From positions 484,970 through 548,969 of the forward strand of contig CP011209.1 of assembly GCA_001029635.1 (NCBI GenBank): a stretch of 64,000 nucleotides of DNA, given 5' to 3'. The stretch is from Candidatus Wolfebacteria bacterium GW2011_GWB1_47_1. Its GTDB lineage: Bacteria; Patescibacteriota; Minisyncoccia; UBA6257; UBA9933. The translations under genes were made by a program, and so were the position numbers. This document shows, in pieces, positions 8,833 through 17,752 of the stretch. Position 1 is the first letter of the stretch. Every line of letters begins with the position of its first letter. The notes beneath the pieces are model-generated. The model did no database searches. It was not told the DNA's origin and saw only the letters and a program-made list of their open reading frames with translations.

Positions 8833-9924
8833 ATGGAAACTCCTAGGCCAAAAGTATTCGTCATGATGTCGGGTGGCGTCGATTCGAGCGTCGCTGCTTT
8901 TTTGTTGCGTGAGCAAGGGTTGTATGACGTGGTTGGGGCATTTATCAAAGGCTACAACGTTGATGGGTGTCAGGATAGGGAGTCTGAGGATGCCCGCCGG
9001 GTTGCCGAGCATTTGGGTATCCCATTTTACGTCATTGATCTTGAAGAGGAATATAAGCAATTCGTTGTCGAGTATCTGGTCAACGGGTATCGCAACGGCA
9101 TTACGCCAAATCCGGATGTGATGTGTAATAAGGAGATCAAGTTTGGCGTGTTTCTGGAGAAGGCGCTTGCGCTGGGTGCCAATTTTGTAGCTACGGGGCA
9201 TTATGTAAGAATTTCAAATTTCAAATTTCAAATTTCTAATGAGGATACGAAGACCGTGTGTGCGTTGCAACAGGGGATTGATGATAACAAAGATCAAAGT
9301 TATTTTTTGTGGACGTTGCGACAGGGGCAGTTGAAACATTGCCTGTTTCCGATTGGCGCGTACACCAAGCCAGAGATTCGCGCCATCGCAACGAAGGCCG
9401 GATTATCTACCGCACAGAAGAAAGATTCTCAGGGAATCTGTTTTTTGGGGAACATATCGTTGCGTGAATTTTTGGAACAATATCTACCCAAGAAGCGCGG
9501 AGATATTATCACAGTTGACGGTAAGAAGGTCGGTGAGCATGATGGGGCCTGGTTCTACACTATCGGACAACGCCATGGTCTTGGTATTGGTGGCGGTCCG
9601 GCTTATTTTGTTGTTAAAAAAGATGTCCGTAATAATATCGTAACCGTGGCGCATACTGAAGGTTTGCTCGGACAGGCGATTGACCATATTGATCTTGTCG
9701 ATGTTAATTTTATGGGAATATATGCCGCGCAATGTCCGGAATCCATCCCGGTCATGGCACGGATCCGTTATCGTCAGGCATTGTTTTCGGCTGTTTTGAT
9801 CGCGGAAAAAAACGGAGTCTACCGATTACAGTTTGATGAGTTTCAGAAATTCATAGCACCTGGCCAGTCAGCCGTACTTTATGGTAATGATGGCGTTATG
9901 ATCGGAGGTGGGGTTATGGCATGA
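8833..9924 (+). CDS. mnmA: tRNA-specific 2-thiouridylase MnmA
   Basis: PP-loop MSGGVDSSVAA, CNKEIKFG, KDQSYFLW and ICFLG motifs. Contains an in-frame heptanucleotide tandem repeat (aatttca x4) at about 9207-9236. Confidence 0.9.
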   Translation: METPRPKVFVMMSGGVDSSVAAFLLREQGLYDVVGAFIKGYNVDGCQDRESEDARRVAEHLGIPFYVIDLEEEYKQFVVEYLVNGYRNGITPNPDVMCNKEIKFGVFLEKALALGANFVATGHYVRISNFKFQISNEDTKTVCALQQGIDDNKDQSYFLWTLRQGQLKHCLFPIGAYTKPEIRAIATKAGLSTAQKKDSQGICFLGNISLREFLEQYLPKKRGDIITVDGKKVGEHDGAWFYTIGQRHGLGIGGGPAYFVVKKDVRNNIVTVAHTEGLLGQAIDHIDLVDVNFMGIYAAQCPESIPVMARIRYRQALFSAVLIAEKNGVYRLQFDEFQKFIAPGQSAVLYGNDGVMIGGGVMA

Positions 9925-10084
9925 TCGAAAGAGAGGGGTGGCTAGAGAATTTCTAAGCTGGAGTGCGCGGCGATCTTTGATTTATGCAATAGGGTGGCGC
10001 GGGGCTTCCTATTTATAACATAGCCATTAGGTGGTACCATAAAAATGTATATAAAGGTCGCATTATTTTAGAAAAATAAATTAT

Positions 10085-10207
10085 ATGATGGGATATTATG
10101 GTATGGGTAGTGGCATGTTCTTTTTTGGCTGGATCATTTATGTGTTGGTATTGATCTTGCTTGTGCTTGGGATTGTCGCTTTGTGGAAATATATCAACAA
10201 GAAGTAA
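10085..10207 (+). CDS. Micro-ORF, 40-aa single-TM protein (MMGYYGMGSGMFFFGWIIYVLVLILLVLGIVALWKYINKK)
   Basis: Clean ATG...TAA frame with a hydrophobic core, followed by a terminator. Its 3' 43 bp are duplicated at 11134-11176. Confidence 0.4.
   Translation: MMGYYGMGSGMFFFGWIIYVLVLILLVLGIVALWKYINKK
10121..10163. repeat. 43-bp direct repeat, left copy (ttttttggctggatcatttatgtgttggtattgatcttgcttg)
   Basis: Identical 43-mer at 11134-11176. The two copies bracket the terminator-promoter-HExxH gene-terminator cassette. Confidence 0.85.
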
Positions 10208-10220
10208 TGTGCTTACAGTG

Positions 10221-10251
10221 CAAAAACCGCCTTTATACAGGCGGTTTTTGC
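10221..10251 (+). terminator. Rho-independent terminator (aaaaccgcctttatacaggcggttttt)
   Basis: Hairpin plus T-run after the micro-ORF. Confidence 0.7.
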
Positions 10252-10284
10252 ATAGCAGTGGCAATTTCCTTCCAACGGTAAGGT

Positions 10285-10354
10285 TGACAACTTTGTATAT
10301 ATATGTTATATATATTATAGAAACTTTAACCACTATAAAGAGGAGGAGGCATTT
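10285..10354 (+). promoter_or_regulatory. Strong sigma-70-like promoter (TTGACA, 17 nt, TATATA) plus RBS aagaggaggagg for the HExxH gene
   Basis: ggTTGACAactttgtatatatatgtTATATAtattatag... followed by AAGAGGAGGAGG 8 nt before ATG 10355. Confidence 0.55.
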
Positions 10355-11110
10355 ATGCATGCGAATGGAACGCATTGGGCTCGATTTTTTTCGAAAAACT
10401 GTCGCAATGAAATGATGCGTGAGTGTCGAGACCTCGGCATTGAACCGAGCGCAATCCGCAGGAGTATTCTATTGAGAAATATGATAGGACGGTTATGTCA
10501 TATTGTATTTCAATCACATCCTGGTAACATCATTTTTAGCCTCAGATCAAAAGAGGCTGCGAATGAGGCTGTAAAAAATTCGATCGCAAGTTATCGGAAA
10601 AAAACCAAAGAAACCGGTGGAGATTTTTTTCGGATCAATGTCGATCGGATTGGTGCTTACGATCTTCGACGCGATCCAATCGGCAGCTTGCATAAGGTAT
10701 CTATGTTCTCTAATTTTTCAGAAATCGATGATACGTATTCTTATGCCGAGCTTCCTGTTCCCAATGAATGGGTATTACTCATGGGGATGGCTGCTCACGA
10801 AGTTCGTCATCGCATGCAGTTTGTGCTGGGCGTAGATCTTGTTGCTGTAGATGGAGCAGCCTACAAAGGTTTTACCGACGGGATGCTCTCGCATAGCGTC
10901 TGGCTCGAAGCGCTTAATACTAAGCTTGCGCTCGAACGAATATACTGTGATACGGTGGGATATCATCCTAGAGTGCGAGATTGGTATGCTTCTGATGTTG
11001 AGTTTGATGCCCGCGCCGTGGAATCGTACATGATGCATGCCTTGCATCGTTATCCGAATCTGGACAACGAGGCACTGCGAAGTATTATGTTCTTGCATCC
11101 GTTTAGATGA
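10355..11110 (+). CDS. Hypothetical HExxH-motif protein (putative zinc metallopeptidase-like), cassette-borne
   Basis: MGMAAHEVRHRMQF carries an HEXXH signature. Own strong promoter, RBS and terminator. No wider family recognised. Confidence 0.5.
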   Translation: MHANGTHWARFFSKNCRNEMMRECRDLGIEPSAIRRSILLRNMIGRLCHIVFQSHPGNIIFSLRSKEAANEAVKNSIASYRKKTKETGGDFFRINVDRIGAYDLRRDPIGSLHKVSMFSNFSEIDDTYSYAELPVPNEWVLLMGMAAHEVRHRMQFVLGVDLVAVDGAAYKGFTDGMLSHSVWLEALNTKLALERIYCDTVGYHPRVRDWYASDVEFDARAVESYMMHALHRYPNLDNEALRSIMFLHPFR

Positions 11111-11112
11111 TC

Positions 11113-11141
11113 ACAGGGGTTAGCCCCTGTGTTTTTTTTGG
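11113..11141 (+). terminator. Rho-independent terminator (cacaggggttagcccctgtgtttttttt)
   Basis: Hairpin caggggt/tagc/cccctg plus an 8-T run. The T-run merges into the right direct-repeat copy. Confidence 0.7.
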
Positions 11142-11176
11142 CTGGATCATTTATGTGTTGGTATTGATCTTGCTTG
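11134..11176. repeat. 43-bp direct repeat, right copy. A start-less remnant of the micro-ORF 3' half.
   Basis: Perfect match to 10121-10163. In-frame continuation has no start codon and a stop upstream. Confidence 0.85.
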
Positions 11177-11324
11177 AATTAAAGGGGTCAGGTACCTTTA
11201 ATTTATCAGAAAATAAGCTTCCATTCGCAAGGCTTATTTTTATGGCTGGCGCTATGGGGCGATGTTGAAACCTTTTTAAACAAAAAAGCGACCAATGATG
11301 GCCGCCTCATGTAATGAAGAAAAG

Positions 11325-11795
11325 CTATAGTGCTGTTCCGTCGGGATTGAGGACTTCGTTGCGAAATGATTTCGGCGAGTGCTTTGGAGGGTCGGGTGTA
11401 AGTATTCCGCAACTTCGAGCGGATTTAAATGCAGTTTCACCTAACCACCAGCTGATAGTTGCCATCATAATGCAGATGATTGCTCCGAGCCAGACAGATT
11501 GCATCGGCCCAGGATCGAGGTTTGCCGCCAACGTAAGAACGATGGCAATAGCACCACTTACCATTTGCCCAGTCTGTTCAAAGTCAATATCATTCTTGGC
11601 TTGCCAAGAAGGATTTGCTTTGAGCAGGTAGTTACTTAGCGTTCTTTTGCTATAGAGCAGGTAGACGATCAGTAGGATGCTCGCGGGGATCTTGGCAAAG
11701 ATGCCGAGCCAAGGAAGGAGCAATAAAAAGACGATTGCTACCGTGAAACTCCACCCAGAGACGTGGTACAGATCTTCGAAGTAAACCTCTTTCAT
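11325..11795 (-). CDS. Hypothetical integral membrane protein
   Basis: 156-aa ORF on the minus strand with 4 predicted TM helices. No better-supported overlapping gene. The C-terminal 30 aa may be read-through. Confidence 0.45.
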   Translation of the reverse strand: MKEVYFEDLYHVSGWSFTVAIVFLLLLPWLGIFAKIPASILLIVYLLYSKRTLSNYLLKANPSWQAKNDIDFEQTGQMVSGAIAIVLTLAANLDPGPMQSVWLGAIICIMMATISWWLGETAFKSARSCGILTPDPPKHSPKSFRNEVLNPDGTAL

Positions 11796-11945
11796 AAAAG
11801 CCCTCTTATCTAATGTATTTAGTTTCTAATAAATCTGAATATACAATGCATTCTTTAGAAGCATTTGTAAAGGTTTGCTGGCAGTCATGGATTCGGACCC
11901 CGAGTGTTTTAAGGAATAGGCTGAATAGGGTATACTAAAGGCATT

Positions 11946-14123
11946 ATGATCCATGACCTATTAAGAGATCCCGTGATCGAATATACCTGTCCGATGCACG
12001 CCGATATCACCGCAGAGAATCCGGGCAATTGTCCTAAATGTGGCATGGCGCTGGTACTACGAGGGGTGATCGAACATGAGCTCCCGGGTGAACATGCGCC
12101 GATTCATGATAAACATGCCGGGCATACGGCAAGCTCGTTTTTGCGCAAATTTTGGATTGCGCTTGCACTAAGTATTCCCATTGTATTGTATTCTGAATTA
12201 CCCGGGGTACTGATCGGTAAGCGTATGCCGGCATTCCCGGGAATGCAATTTCTTGCGCCGATCCTTGGATCGATCGTTTTCTTTTATGCGGGGTGGATCT
12301 TCCTTGTCAGTGCTGTTCGCGAGATCCGCGCCAAGTTGCCCGGCATGATGACACTCATCTCTCTCGCGATTACTACTGCATATACGTATAGCATGTATGT
12401 GTTTGCTATGGGTGAAGAACATACGTTGTTTTGGGAGCTTTCGACCCTTGTTTCAATTATGCTTCTTGGTCATTACGTTGAAATGCGTTCTACCGATACG
12501 GCGAGTCGCGCTATGCAGGAGCTTGCCGTGTTACTCCCGGATGTTGCGGAAGTTGTTGTCGGTAAGGAAACCAAGACGGTTTCTCTTAATGAGTTAGTCG
12601 TCAATGATGTGTTCGTTGTAAAGCCGGGCGGAAAGGTGCCCGCTGATGGTGTGGTTATCGAAGGAGAATCTCTGGTCAATGAGTCAATGATCACGGGGGA
12701 ATCCACCCCTGTACAAAAACGCTTAGATAGCCAGATGGTTGCCGGAACAATCAACGGAGATGGCCGTTTAATTGTGCGGGTTACTCGTATCGGCTCTGAT
12801 ACATTTTTGGCAGGAGTTATGCGACTTGTCGCGGGAGCGCAAGCGTCAAAGTCTCGCATGCAGATCCTTGCGGACAAAGCAGCATCCTATCTGACCGGCA
12901 TTGCTATTTTTTCAGCGCTCACTACCGCAGTTGTCTGGGCGGTGGTATTTGATGCTTCGGCTTCGTTTACGCTGGGTCGTGTGGTTGCCGTTTTGGTGGT
13001 GGCGTGTCCGCATGCGTTGGGGCTTGCCGTTCCGCTTGTGGTTGCCATATCGACATCGCTTGCTTCGCGTAATGGATTATTTATTAAGGATCGCCTTGCG
13101 CTTGAGGCTGCCCGTACCATTGATATGGTCCTATTCGATAAAACGGGAACATTGACTACGGGTGAATATGGTATTTATAAAATTATTCCGTTTGAGCGAG
13201 AGATCGTAGAAGGTGATGACGGCGGTGTCGTGGAATCCCAGGTAGAAGAAAATATCTTGCGGCTCGCGGCTTCGATTGATACTGCCTCCGAGCATCCTGT
13301 TTCTCGTGCCATCGTATCAGAGGCGCGGCGACGAGAGATTGAATTGTTCCCGGTGACCGGATTCGAGCGGTTACCCGGTAAGGGGGTAAAGGGGACTGTG
13401 CGTGGGCTACATGTCCAGGTTGGCGGAGAATCTTTGATCGGCGCGAAGGTTATTGAGCAAACGCCACAGGTCATACGACAAGAAGTTGCCCTATTGGCAG
13501 GTAAGGGGCAAACCATCGTGTATGTGTTTGTCGATCATGCTCCGATCGGCGTCATTGCGCTTGCCGATACCATTCGTCCGGAATCGAAGGAGGCTATTAT
13601 CGCGTTGAAACGCCTTGGTATTAAGCCGGTTATGATGACCGGGGATTCCGAGGAAGTTGCCGAGTGGGTCGCCCAGGATCTTGGCATTGCCGATTATTTC
13701 TTCCGAGTTTCTCCTCATGAGAAGGTGGAGCGGGTTAAGGAATATCAAGACAAAGGCTTGCGTGTCGCCATGGTTGGTGATGGTATTAACGATGCGCCTG
13801 CCCTGATGCAGGCGAATGTTGGTATCGCGATTGGGGCCGGGACAAACGTCGCGATCGAATCAGCTGGTATTATTCTGGCCAAGAGTGATCCGCGTGATAT
13901 CGCCAAGATCTTTAAGCTGTCTCGATTGACGTATCGAAAAATGATCCAAAACCTGTATTGGGCAACGGGATATAACGTCCTTGCCATTCCGCTTGCCGGA
14001 GGGATCCTGTATTCCCAAGGTATCGTACTTTCTCCGGCTGTGTCTGCCGTGCTGATGTCTTTGAGTACGGTGATCGTTGCGGCAAACGCATTATTACTGC
14101 GCCGCAATCATGGACTACTTTGA
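11946..14123 (+). CDS. copB: Copper-translocating P1B-type ATPase (CopB-like, CPH motif) with an N-terminal CPxxxxCPxCGM metal-binding domain
   Basis: N-terminus YTCPMHADITAENPGNCPKCGM. TM6 VVACPHALGLAVP (CPH). DKTGTLT phosphorylation site. GDGINDAPAL hinge. Confidence 0.9.
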   Translation: MIHDLLRDPVIEYTCPMHADITAENPGNCPKCGMALVLRGVIEHELPGEHAPIHDKHAGHTASSFLRKFWIALALSIPIVLYSELPGVLIGKRMPAFPGMQFLAPILGSIVFFYAGWIFLVSAVREIRAKLPGMMTLISLAITTAYTYSMYVFAMGEEHTLFWELSTLVSIMLLGHYVEMRSTDTASRAMQELAVLLPDVAEVVVGKETKTVSLNELVVNDVFVVKPGGKVPADGVVIEGESLVNESMITGESTPVQKRLDSQMVAGTINGDGRLIVRVTRIGSDTFLAGVMRLVAGAQASKSRMQILADKAASYLTGIAIFSALTTAVVWAVVFDASASFTLGRVVAVLVVACPHALGLAVPLVVAISTSLASRNGLFIKDRLALEAARTIDMVLFDKTGTLTTGEYGIYKIIPFEREIVEGDDGGVVESQVEENILRLAASIDTASEHPVSRAIVSEARRREIELFPVTGFERLPGKGVKGTVRGLHVQVGGESLIGAKVIEQTPQVIRQEVALLAGKGQTIVYVFVDHAPIGVIALADTIRPESKEAIIALKRLGIKPVMMTGDSEEVAEWVAQDLGIADYFFRVSPHEKVERVKEYQDKGLRVAMVGDGINDAPALMQANVGIAIGAGTNVAIESAGIILAKSDPRDIAKIFKLSRLTYRKMIQNLYWATGYNVLAIPLAGGILYSQGIVLSPAVSAVLMSLSTVIVAANALLLRRNHGLL

Positions 14124-14128
14124 TTTTT

Positions 14129-14158
14129 AAAAGCCACTTTTACAAAAGTGGCTTTTTG
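14129..14158 (+). terminator. Rho-independent terminator (aaagccacttttacaaaagtggcttttt)
   Basis: Hairpin plus T-run right after the copB stop. Lies inside the ORF-track tyrS start, so tyrS must start downstream. Confidence 0.7.
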
Positions 14159-14173
14159 TATAATAATACAGGT

Positions 14174-15445
14174 ATGCATATTTTGGATGAATTAAAGGAA
14201 CGGGGGCTGATCTATCAGATTTCAAATGAAGAGGAGCTCAGGGCGCTTATAGACCGCAAAGACGGGTCCTTTTATATCGGGTTTGATCCGACCGCGTCTA
14301 GTCTGCATGTTGGCGGGTTACTGGGGATCGTTTTCGCTAAGCGCCTTGAAAATGCCGGCATGAAGCCGGTCATGCTCGTAGGGGGTGCAACGGGACGCAT
14401 TGGTGATCCGAGCGGCCGATCACAGGAGCGCGTACTGAATACAACTGATGTTGTCGAATCAATGACCGCGGGGCTTGAAAAGCAGATCAGTCAGTTTCAT
14501 TTCAAGCATGCGACTTATGTAAACAATTATGACTGGCTTGGTATGATGCCGCTTGTTGATTTTTTGCGTGATGCCGGAAAGTATTTTACGGTCAATGAAA
14601 TGCTTGCCAAGGAGTCGGTAAAGACGCGCATGGAAGACGGTATATCGTTCACCGAGTTTAGCTATCAGTTATTGCAGGCATATGATTTTTTAAAACTGTA
14701 TGAATCGCGTGGCGTTGAATTGCAATTGGGTGGTTCCGACCAGTGGGGGAATATTACTGCGGGCATTGAACTGGTAAGGAAGGTCAAGCACGTTGAAGTA
14801 ATTGGGCTGACTCATCCGCTTGTTACTCGTGCCGATGGAAAGAAGATGGGCAAGAGCGAGAGTGGGGCGGTTTGGCTTGATGCGACCATGACATCGCCGT
14901 ATCACTTGTATCAGTTTTGGCTGAATGTGGATGATTTGGACGTGGTCAAATTCTTGAAGTATTATACGTTTCTAACACTTACAGAGATCGCCGAGCTGGA
15001 GCAGTTTCTCCAAGAGGAGCCTGAAAAACGTGCGGCTCATAGGGCGCTCGCCGATGAGGTGACCGAGTTTGTGCATGGTAAGGACGCACTGGAACAGGCT
15101 CAGAAAATTTCTGAAGCACTTTTTGGCGGCGATATTTCCGGGATCATCGGGGAGAAAAAGAAGTGTGAGGCGTTGTTTGTCGGCAACCCGGCTGTGCAGC
15201 GGGTCGGCGATGAAGCGGTTGTCGGAGTTGGTATTGCGGATTTTCTTACCTCTCTGGCATGGAAGTCTCCATTATCTAAGCGACAGGCGCGTGAGGATGT
15301 GGAAGCCGGGGCGATCGAGTTGAATGGCAAGAAGATTGAATCATCTGAGCATATATTGATCGAAAGTGACATTTTGTTCGACCGATATATTATCGTGAAG
15401 CGAGGGAAGAAAAATTATCATTTTGTCGAAGTAATTGCCGAATGA
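14174..15445 (+). CDS. tyrS: Tyrosine--tRNA ligase
   Basis: HIGH-like FYIGFDPTASSLHVGGL, KMSKS-like KKMGKSESG, C-terminal S4 domain. Start set at ATG 14174 (MHILDELKERGLIYQ), after the terminator. Confidence 0.9.
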   Translation: MHILDELKERGLIYQISNEEELRALIDRKDGSFYIGFDPTASSLHVGGLLGIVFAKRLENAGMKPVMLVGGATGRIGDPSGRSQERVLNTTDVVESMTAGLEKQISQFHFKHATYVNNYDWLGMMPLVDFLRDAGKYFTVNEMLAKESVKTRMEDGISFTEFSYQLLQAYDFLKLYESRGVELQLGGSDQWGNITAGIELVRKVKHVEVIGLTHPLVTRADGKKMGKSESGAVWLDATMTSPYHLYQFWLNVDDLDVVKFLKYYTFLTLTEIAELEQFLQEEPEKRAAHRALADEVTEFVHGKDALEQAQKISEALFGGDISGIIGEKKKCEALFVGNPAVQRVGDEAVVGVGIADFLTSLAWKSPLSKRQAREDVEAGAIELNGKKIESSEHILIESDILFDRYIIVKRGKKNYHFVEVIAE

Positions 15446-15454
15446 TACAAAAGA

Positions 15455-15478
15455 CCGCCTACGGGCGGTTTTTGGGTT
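15455..15478 (+). terminator. Rho-independent terminator (gaccgcctacgggcggtttttgg)
   Basis: Hairpin plus T-run after the tyrS stop. Confidence 0.7.
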
Positions 15479-15524
15479 TGGTTGATTTTTCCTTGATTAT
15501 CCCTATAATAAAAAGGCTAAATCA

Positions 15525-15597
15525 GGGCCTGTAGTCTAGTGGTAGAACACGGCATTCGCATTGCTGAGACGCGAGTTCGATTCTCGCCAGGTCCACC
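15525..15597 (+). tRNA. tRNA-Ala (anticodon CGC)
   Basis: Folded by hand. Acceptor GGGCCUG/CAGGUCC with the G3:U70 Ala identity pair, D-arm, anticodon stem CGGCA/UGCUG, loop UUCGCAU, T-arm GCGAG-UUCGAUU-CUCGC. Confidence 0.8.
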
Positions 15598-15802
15598 CCC
15601 TCCGGTTAGAAATCTCGCAAGATGAGATTGTAAAATGGTGCCTTATAATAGGGCTTTCACGGACGCCGCCTTGCATGTGGCTATCTACTTGCATCACGTT
15701 GCTCTAGTCATCGCAAGTATCCTGTTCACCTATGCCGGAAGAATTTTACCAAAGGATGCCGCGAATTATATCGAGGTATCGAGGTGAAGCAAACAAAAAA
15801 CA

Positions 15803-15830
15803 AAAACACCCGCGCCGGGTGTTTTTGTTT
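15803..15830 (+). terminator. Rho-independent terminator (aacacccgcgccgggtgtttttgttttt)
   Basis: GC hairpin plus T-run, about 200 nt after tRNA-Ala. The intervening region has only a weak 50-aa ORF. Confidence 0.6.
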
Positions 15831-15878
15831 TTGGTGCGATTTTCGCTATAATGAATGTATTAGTTATATTCTATCTAC

Positions 15879-17597
15879 ATGGTCAATCAGGCACTTATTG
15901 ATGTGGTAAAAAATCAGCTTGCCGGCGGTATCGGTGAGCAAGAGATCCGGGAATTTCTTCGGCGACGAGGAACGAGTGACGATGAGGTTCAGGAAATATT
16001 TAAAGCACTCTCAGTACGTGTTCCTACGCTGAGTGAAATACCGGTTACCGAATCGGTTCCTGCCCTTCCAGAGCAATCATTGCCCGTTCCTGCTGCTCCA
16101 GAGATATCCGTTGCCCACGGTATCGAGCGAGAAATTCCGCCTTTACAGCCCAGTGCGCCGTTTGAGCCCCTTTCTTTGGAACCGGCTCCTGTACGGGAGG
16201 ATACTTCCTCGGGCATTGTGCTCCCTCCTGTGCTGAGTCGTGGGAAGCGGATCATACGCATCGGTTCCATTATCGCCTCCGTAGTCCTTGTTCTCGTAGG
16301 TGGGGCATATGCGTATACCGTTTATTTTGCATCACCAGAACAGATATTAGATCGGATGATCCTGCAAGTTCGAGACGTACGGGCTATGGCATTCGCTACC
16401 GAGATCAATGTGACGGCCAGTGGAGGGTCGTTGTTTGCAACGGCGGCATCTTCCACAAACCCTTTTGCGGGAATGCTTATGGGTCAGGAACAGCCGACGA
16501 AGTTGACTGTAACTTCCTCAGGTGCCTTTGATTTTCGCGATGAGGTGAGTCCGAAGGTTTCCATCTTATTCGAGGCCGATACGGATAAGTGGCCGTTGGG
16601 TGATTTTGCACTTGGAGCAGAATATCGGAATTTGGACAGAAAGAACTATGTCAAGGTCAACAACATTCCCGATCTTGGTTTTTTTAGCCTGAGCTTTTTA
16701 AAGAATAAATGGTTCGTCATCGAAGACAAAGAAGCAAAGACCCAATTAGGCGCTTCAACGGGGAGTTCTGAGACGGTCATCCCGGATATCACGCAGGAGC
16801 AACGGAATCAGTTGGCTGATGCGTGGGGTGATCATCGGTTCTTGACCGTCAACAAGCGTCTTTCGCCAGAGGAGATTGATGGTGTTGCCATGCATCATTT
16901 TTCGCTTGCTTTTGATAAGGAAAAATTTAAGGAATGGATTATTGTGACGGATGCGATCATGCAGAATGAGCCAACTGACGTAAGCGAGATGGATGAAACA
17001 CTTTCGTTTTTGAATGTTGATGCCATGGAGACATGGATTGGTAAGCGAGATTCGCTTCCGTATAAATACACAGCCCAGATCTCGCTTCGTGATAAGGTTG
17101 ACGCGAGTAGGATGACGACTATGAACATAGTCTTGACGGGAAAGAATTTTGGCAAGAATCAGGAGATTATAGCTCCTGATGGGGCGCAGTCATTTGAGGA
17201 AGTACTACAGGGTATTTTTGGACAGATGCTTGGGGCTGGCGCTCCGACGTCCGTACCGGCAACGCCACAGGCTCGTAATGATCAGCGAAGAAAGGATGTA
17301 ACGTTGATCGCCGACGCGATTAAAAAGAACGTCTCCGATAATGGCGGAACGTTTATGTGCGCTACCGGTCCGTTGCCTCAGAAGGCTACATTTCTCGGTG
17401 CAGCAGGATTTGGCATGAGCGGGTATGCCATTGAGTCTTGCCTCGTGCCTAAATACTTGCCGGCAATGCCAAAGGATCCTACTAAGGGTGGACTTGGTAT
17501 GAGTGGATATTCCGCATATTATGATTCAGTAACTAAGCGCATCACCGTGCGGGCACCGTATGCGGAAGAGGGATCTAAAATCACAATCACCAAGTAA
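15879..17597 (+). CDS. Membrane-anchored hypothetical protein: conserved about 45-aa N-terminal cytoplasmic domain, Pro-rich linker, TM, large extracytoplasmic domain ending in a pseudopilin (GspG)-like motif
   Basis: N-terminus LIDVVKNQLAGGIGEQEIREFLRRRGTSDDEVQEI is paralogous to the N-terminus of 17753..18085. C-terminal ARNDQRRKDVTLIADAIKKNVSDNGGTF resembles the ARDxQRxxD..I..AlE.Y..DNG.YP motif of type II/IV pilin-like proteins. Confidence 0.55.
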   Translation: MVNQALIDVVKNQLAGGIGEQEIREFLRRRGTSDDEVQEIFKALSVRVPTLSEIPVTESVPALPEQSLPVPAAPEISVAHGIEREIPPLQPSAPFEPLSLEPAPVREDTSSGIVLPPVLSRGKRIIRIGSIIASVVLVLVGGAYAYTVYFASPEQILDRMILQVRDVRAMAFATEINVTASGGSLFATAASSTNPFAGMLMGQEQPTKLTVTSSGAFDFRDEVSPKVSILFEADTDKWPLGDFALGAEYRNLDRKNYVKVNNIPDLGFFSLSFLKNKWFVIEDKEAKTQLGASTGSSETVIPDITQEQRNQLADAWGDHRFLTVNKRLSPEEIDGVAMHHFSLAFDKEKFKEWIIVTDAIMQNEPTDVSEMDETLSFLNVDAMETWIGKRDSLPYKYTAQISLRDKVDASRMTTMNIVLTGKNFGKNQEIIAPDGAQSFEEVLQGIFGQMLGAGAPTSVPATPQARNDQRRKDVTLIADAIKKNVSDNGGTFMCATGPLPQKATFLGAAGFGMSGYAIESCLVPKYLPAMPKDPTKGGLGMSGYSAYYDSVTKRITVRAPYAEEGSKITITK

Positions 17598-17718
17598 AAC
17601 GCATTAATTTTGTGAACTACTTTGTTGCGGGTCCCTGTTAATTCGGTCGGAGTACCGCTGTACGCCTTCCTCATTAACTTTCCCGCGTCGCGTATTTCAT
17701 TAAAATTCACGCGTTTTA
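17597..17718 (+). ncRNA. Structured intergenic element, copy A (candidate ncRNA or complex terminator family)
   Basis: Core TTGCGGGTCCC...GTAC-N4-GTAC...TTTCCCGCG shared with copies B-D. Outer stem aaaacgc/gcgtttt. Begins at the stop codon of the upstream gene. Confidence 0.5.
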
Positions 17719-17752
17719 TACTTATTCAAGTAATTCAAGGAGTATAAGATCA

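Noticed and set aside
15636-15788. 50-aa hydrophobic ORF after tRNA-Ala (MVPYNRAFTDAALHVAIYLHHVALVIASILFTYAGRILPKDAANYIEVSR)
   Set aside because: No RBS and below a credible size. Could be real but unsupported, and is reported only as part of an unexplained 200-nt region ending at a terminator.
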